DNA from: Candidatus Saccharimonadia bacterium | GTDB taxonomy: Bacteria; Patescibacteriota; Saccharimonadia; CAILAD01; BJGX01 | Direction of reading: 5' to 3' | NCBI GenBank assembly: GCA_039738615.1 | Contig: JBCLLP010000003.1 | Location: 1 to 46,366, forward strand | Length of the DNA stretch: 46,366 nucleotides | In this document: piece by piece, positions 45,601 to 46,366 of the stretch | Position numbering within the stretch: the stretch's first letter is position 1 | Layout of the letters: each line of letters begins with the position of its first letter | Notes under the pieces: model-generated | Databases searched by the model: none | What the model was told of the DNA's origin: nothing | What the model saw: only the letters and a program-made list of their open reading frames with translations | Program-made: the position numbers and the translations under genes

Positions 45601-46366
45601 CTATTTATTTTTACTAATCACCGGTGATTGGGACTTTTTGATTTTCCAGTTATTATAGACCACTAGCAGTGGTGCCGCATTAAATATCGAGGAATAAGTA
45701 CCAGATATGACTCCTATCAGTAGCGCCAATATAAAGTACCTAATTGACTCTCCGCCAAACATATAAAATGCCAGCAGCACGATGATTACAGTTATAGAGG
45801 TATTTAGCGAGCGGGCAAAGGTTTCGTTGATTGATATATTAACAACCTCCTCAAAGGGCTTATTAACTCGACGGAGATTTTCTCTAATTCTGTCATAAAC
45901 TACGATAGTATCATGGACCGAGAAGCCAATAGTCGTCAAAATGGCCGTTATAAACAAGCTATCTATCTGGACCCCAAAGAAATGCCCGAGTATTGCAAAG
46001 ACTCCAAGCACAAATAATGCATCATGTAATAATGCCGCAATTGCCGTTGCCCCAAAGCTCCAAGGGCTGACTGGAGGTGGGGTATTACGAAAGGCAAAGG
46101 CTACATACAATAGTATCGCCAGTGAGGCCATACCCACTCCGAGTAAGGCATTGCGGGTGATATCGCGACTAACTGAAGGACCCACAGAGCTAAAAGAAGT
46201 CTCACTGATGTTGCTCTGTGCTAGAAGGGTTTTGATGTTTTGATGGACCAGCTCCGAATCTCCAGAGTCCTTATCGCTGTACCTAACCAGGAGCTTATCA
46301 CTACCACTTGTAGTGACACTAATATCCCTAACGCCGGCCTTAGCTACAATGCCACGAAGCTCAGAT
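45601..46366 (-). CDS. secF: Protein translocase subunit SecF; 5' end outside the window
   Basis: VGPSV, ALLHD, LT.IGFSV.DTIVVYDRIREN, GTYSSIF.A. The frame stays open to the window edge. Confidence 0.95.
   Translation of the reverse strand, partial: SELRGIVAKAGVRDISVTTSGSDKLLVRYSDKDSGDSELVHQNIKTLLAQSNISETSFSSVGPSVSRDITRNALLGVGMASLAILLYVAFAFRNTPPPVSPWSFGATAIAALLHDALFVLGVFAILGHFFGVQIDSLFITAILTTIGFSVHDTIVVYDRIRENLRRVNKPFEEVVNISINETFARSLNTSITVIIVLLAFYMFGGESIRYFILALLIGVISGTYSSIFNAAPLLVVYNNWKIKKSQSPVISKNK

Noticed and set aside
1434-46243. Many 60-185 aa antisense or nested ORFs in the track (e.g. 1434-1742, 20645-21202, 24468-24959, 28478-28930)
   Set aside because: They are shadow frames of well-supported genes, with no RBS or motifs.
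1-46366. Alternative genetic code (UGA=Gly), tRNA/rRNA genes, prophage
   Set aside because: Conserved genes are full length under code 11 and several end in TGA (mreC, prfA, hisS). No tRNA cloverleaf, rRNA or phage structural gene was recognised.

Overview
Housekeeping region of a small-genome bacterium, probably Patescibacteria/CPR. This is inferred from the compact gene set, the absence of pyrH/cdsA/dxr from the rpsB-tsf-frr-uppS-rseP cluster, and the IleRS2. Standard code 11 fits. The window holds the Rod complex (mrdA-mreDCB, rodA), translation genes (rpsB, tsf, frr, rpmE, prfA, prmC, rplU, rpsU, ileS, hisS, typA), parAB, ftsAZ, nrdR, trxB, recJ, secF and others. Reading the intergenic DNA gave several signals the ORF track misses. 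(1) A stand-alone 36-aa gene (14865-14975, minus) encodes what looks like only the redox-active C-terminal tail of a class I ribonucleotide reductase (…CPIDPSELIECEACQ). It has its own promoter, a strong RBS and an NrdR-box match, making it a candidate trans-acting RNR re-reduction peptide. (2) Four copies of a ~160-bp nested-palindrome element show compensatory changes. (3) A decayed heliorhodopsin gene fragment. (4) An ileS T-box with an ultrashort Stem I. (5) Structured leaders on an Rpf gene, ftsZ and rpsB. (6) About 16 genes have a -10-like box only 6-10 nt from the ATG, suggesting leaderless or near-leaderless transcripts. All calls come from manual motif reading; no database searches were run.
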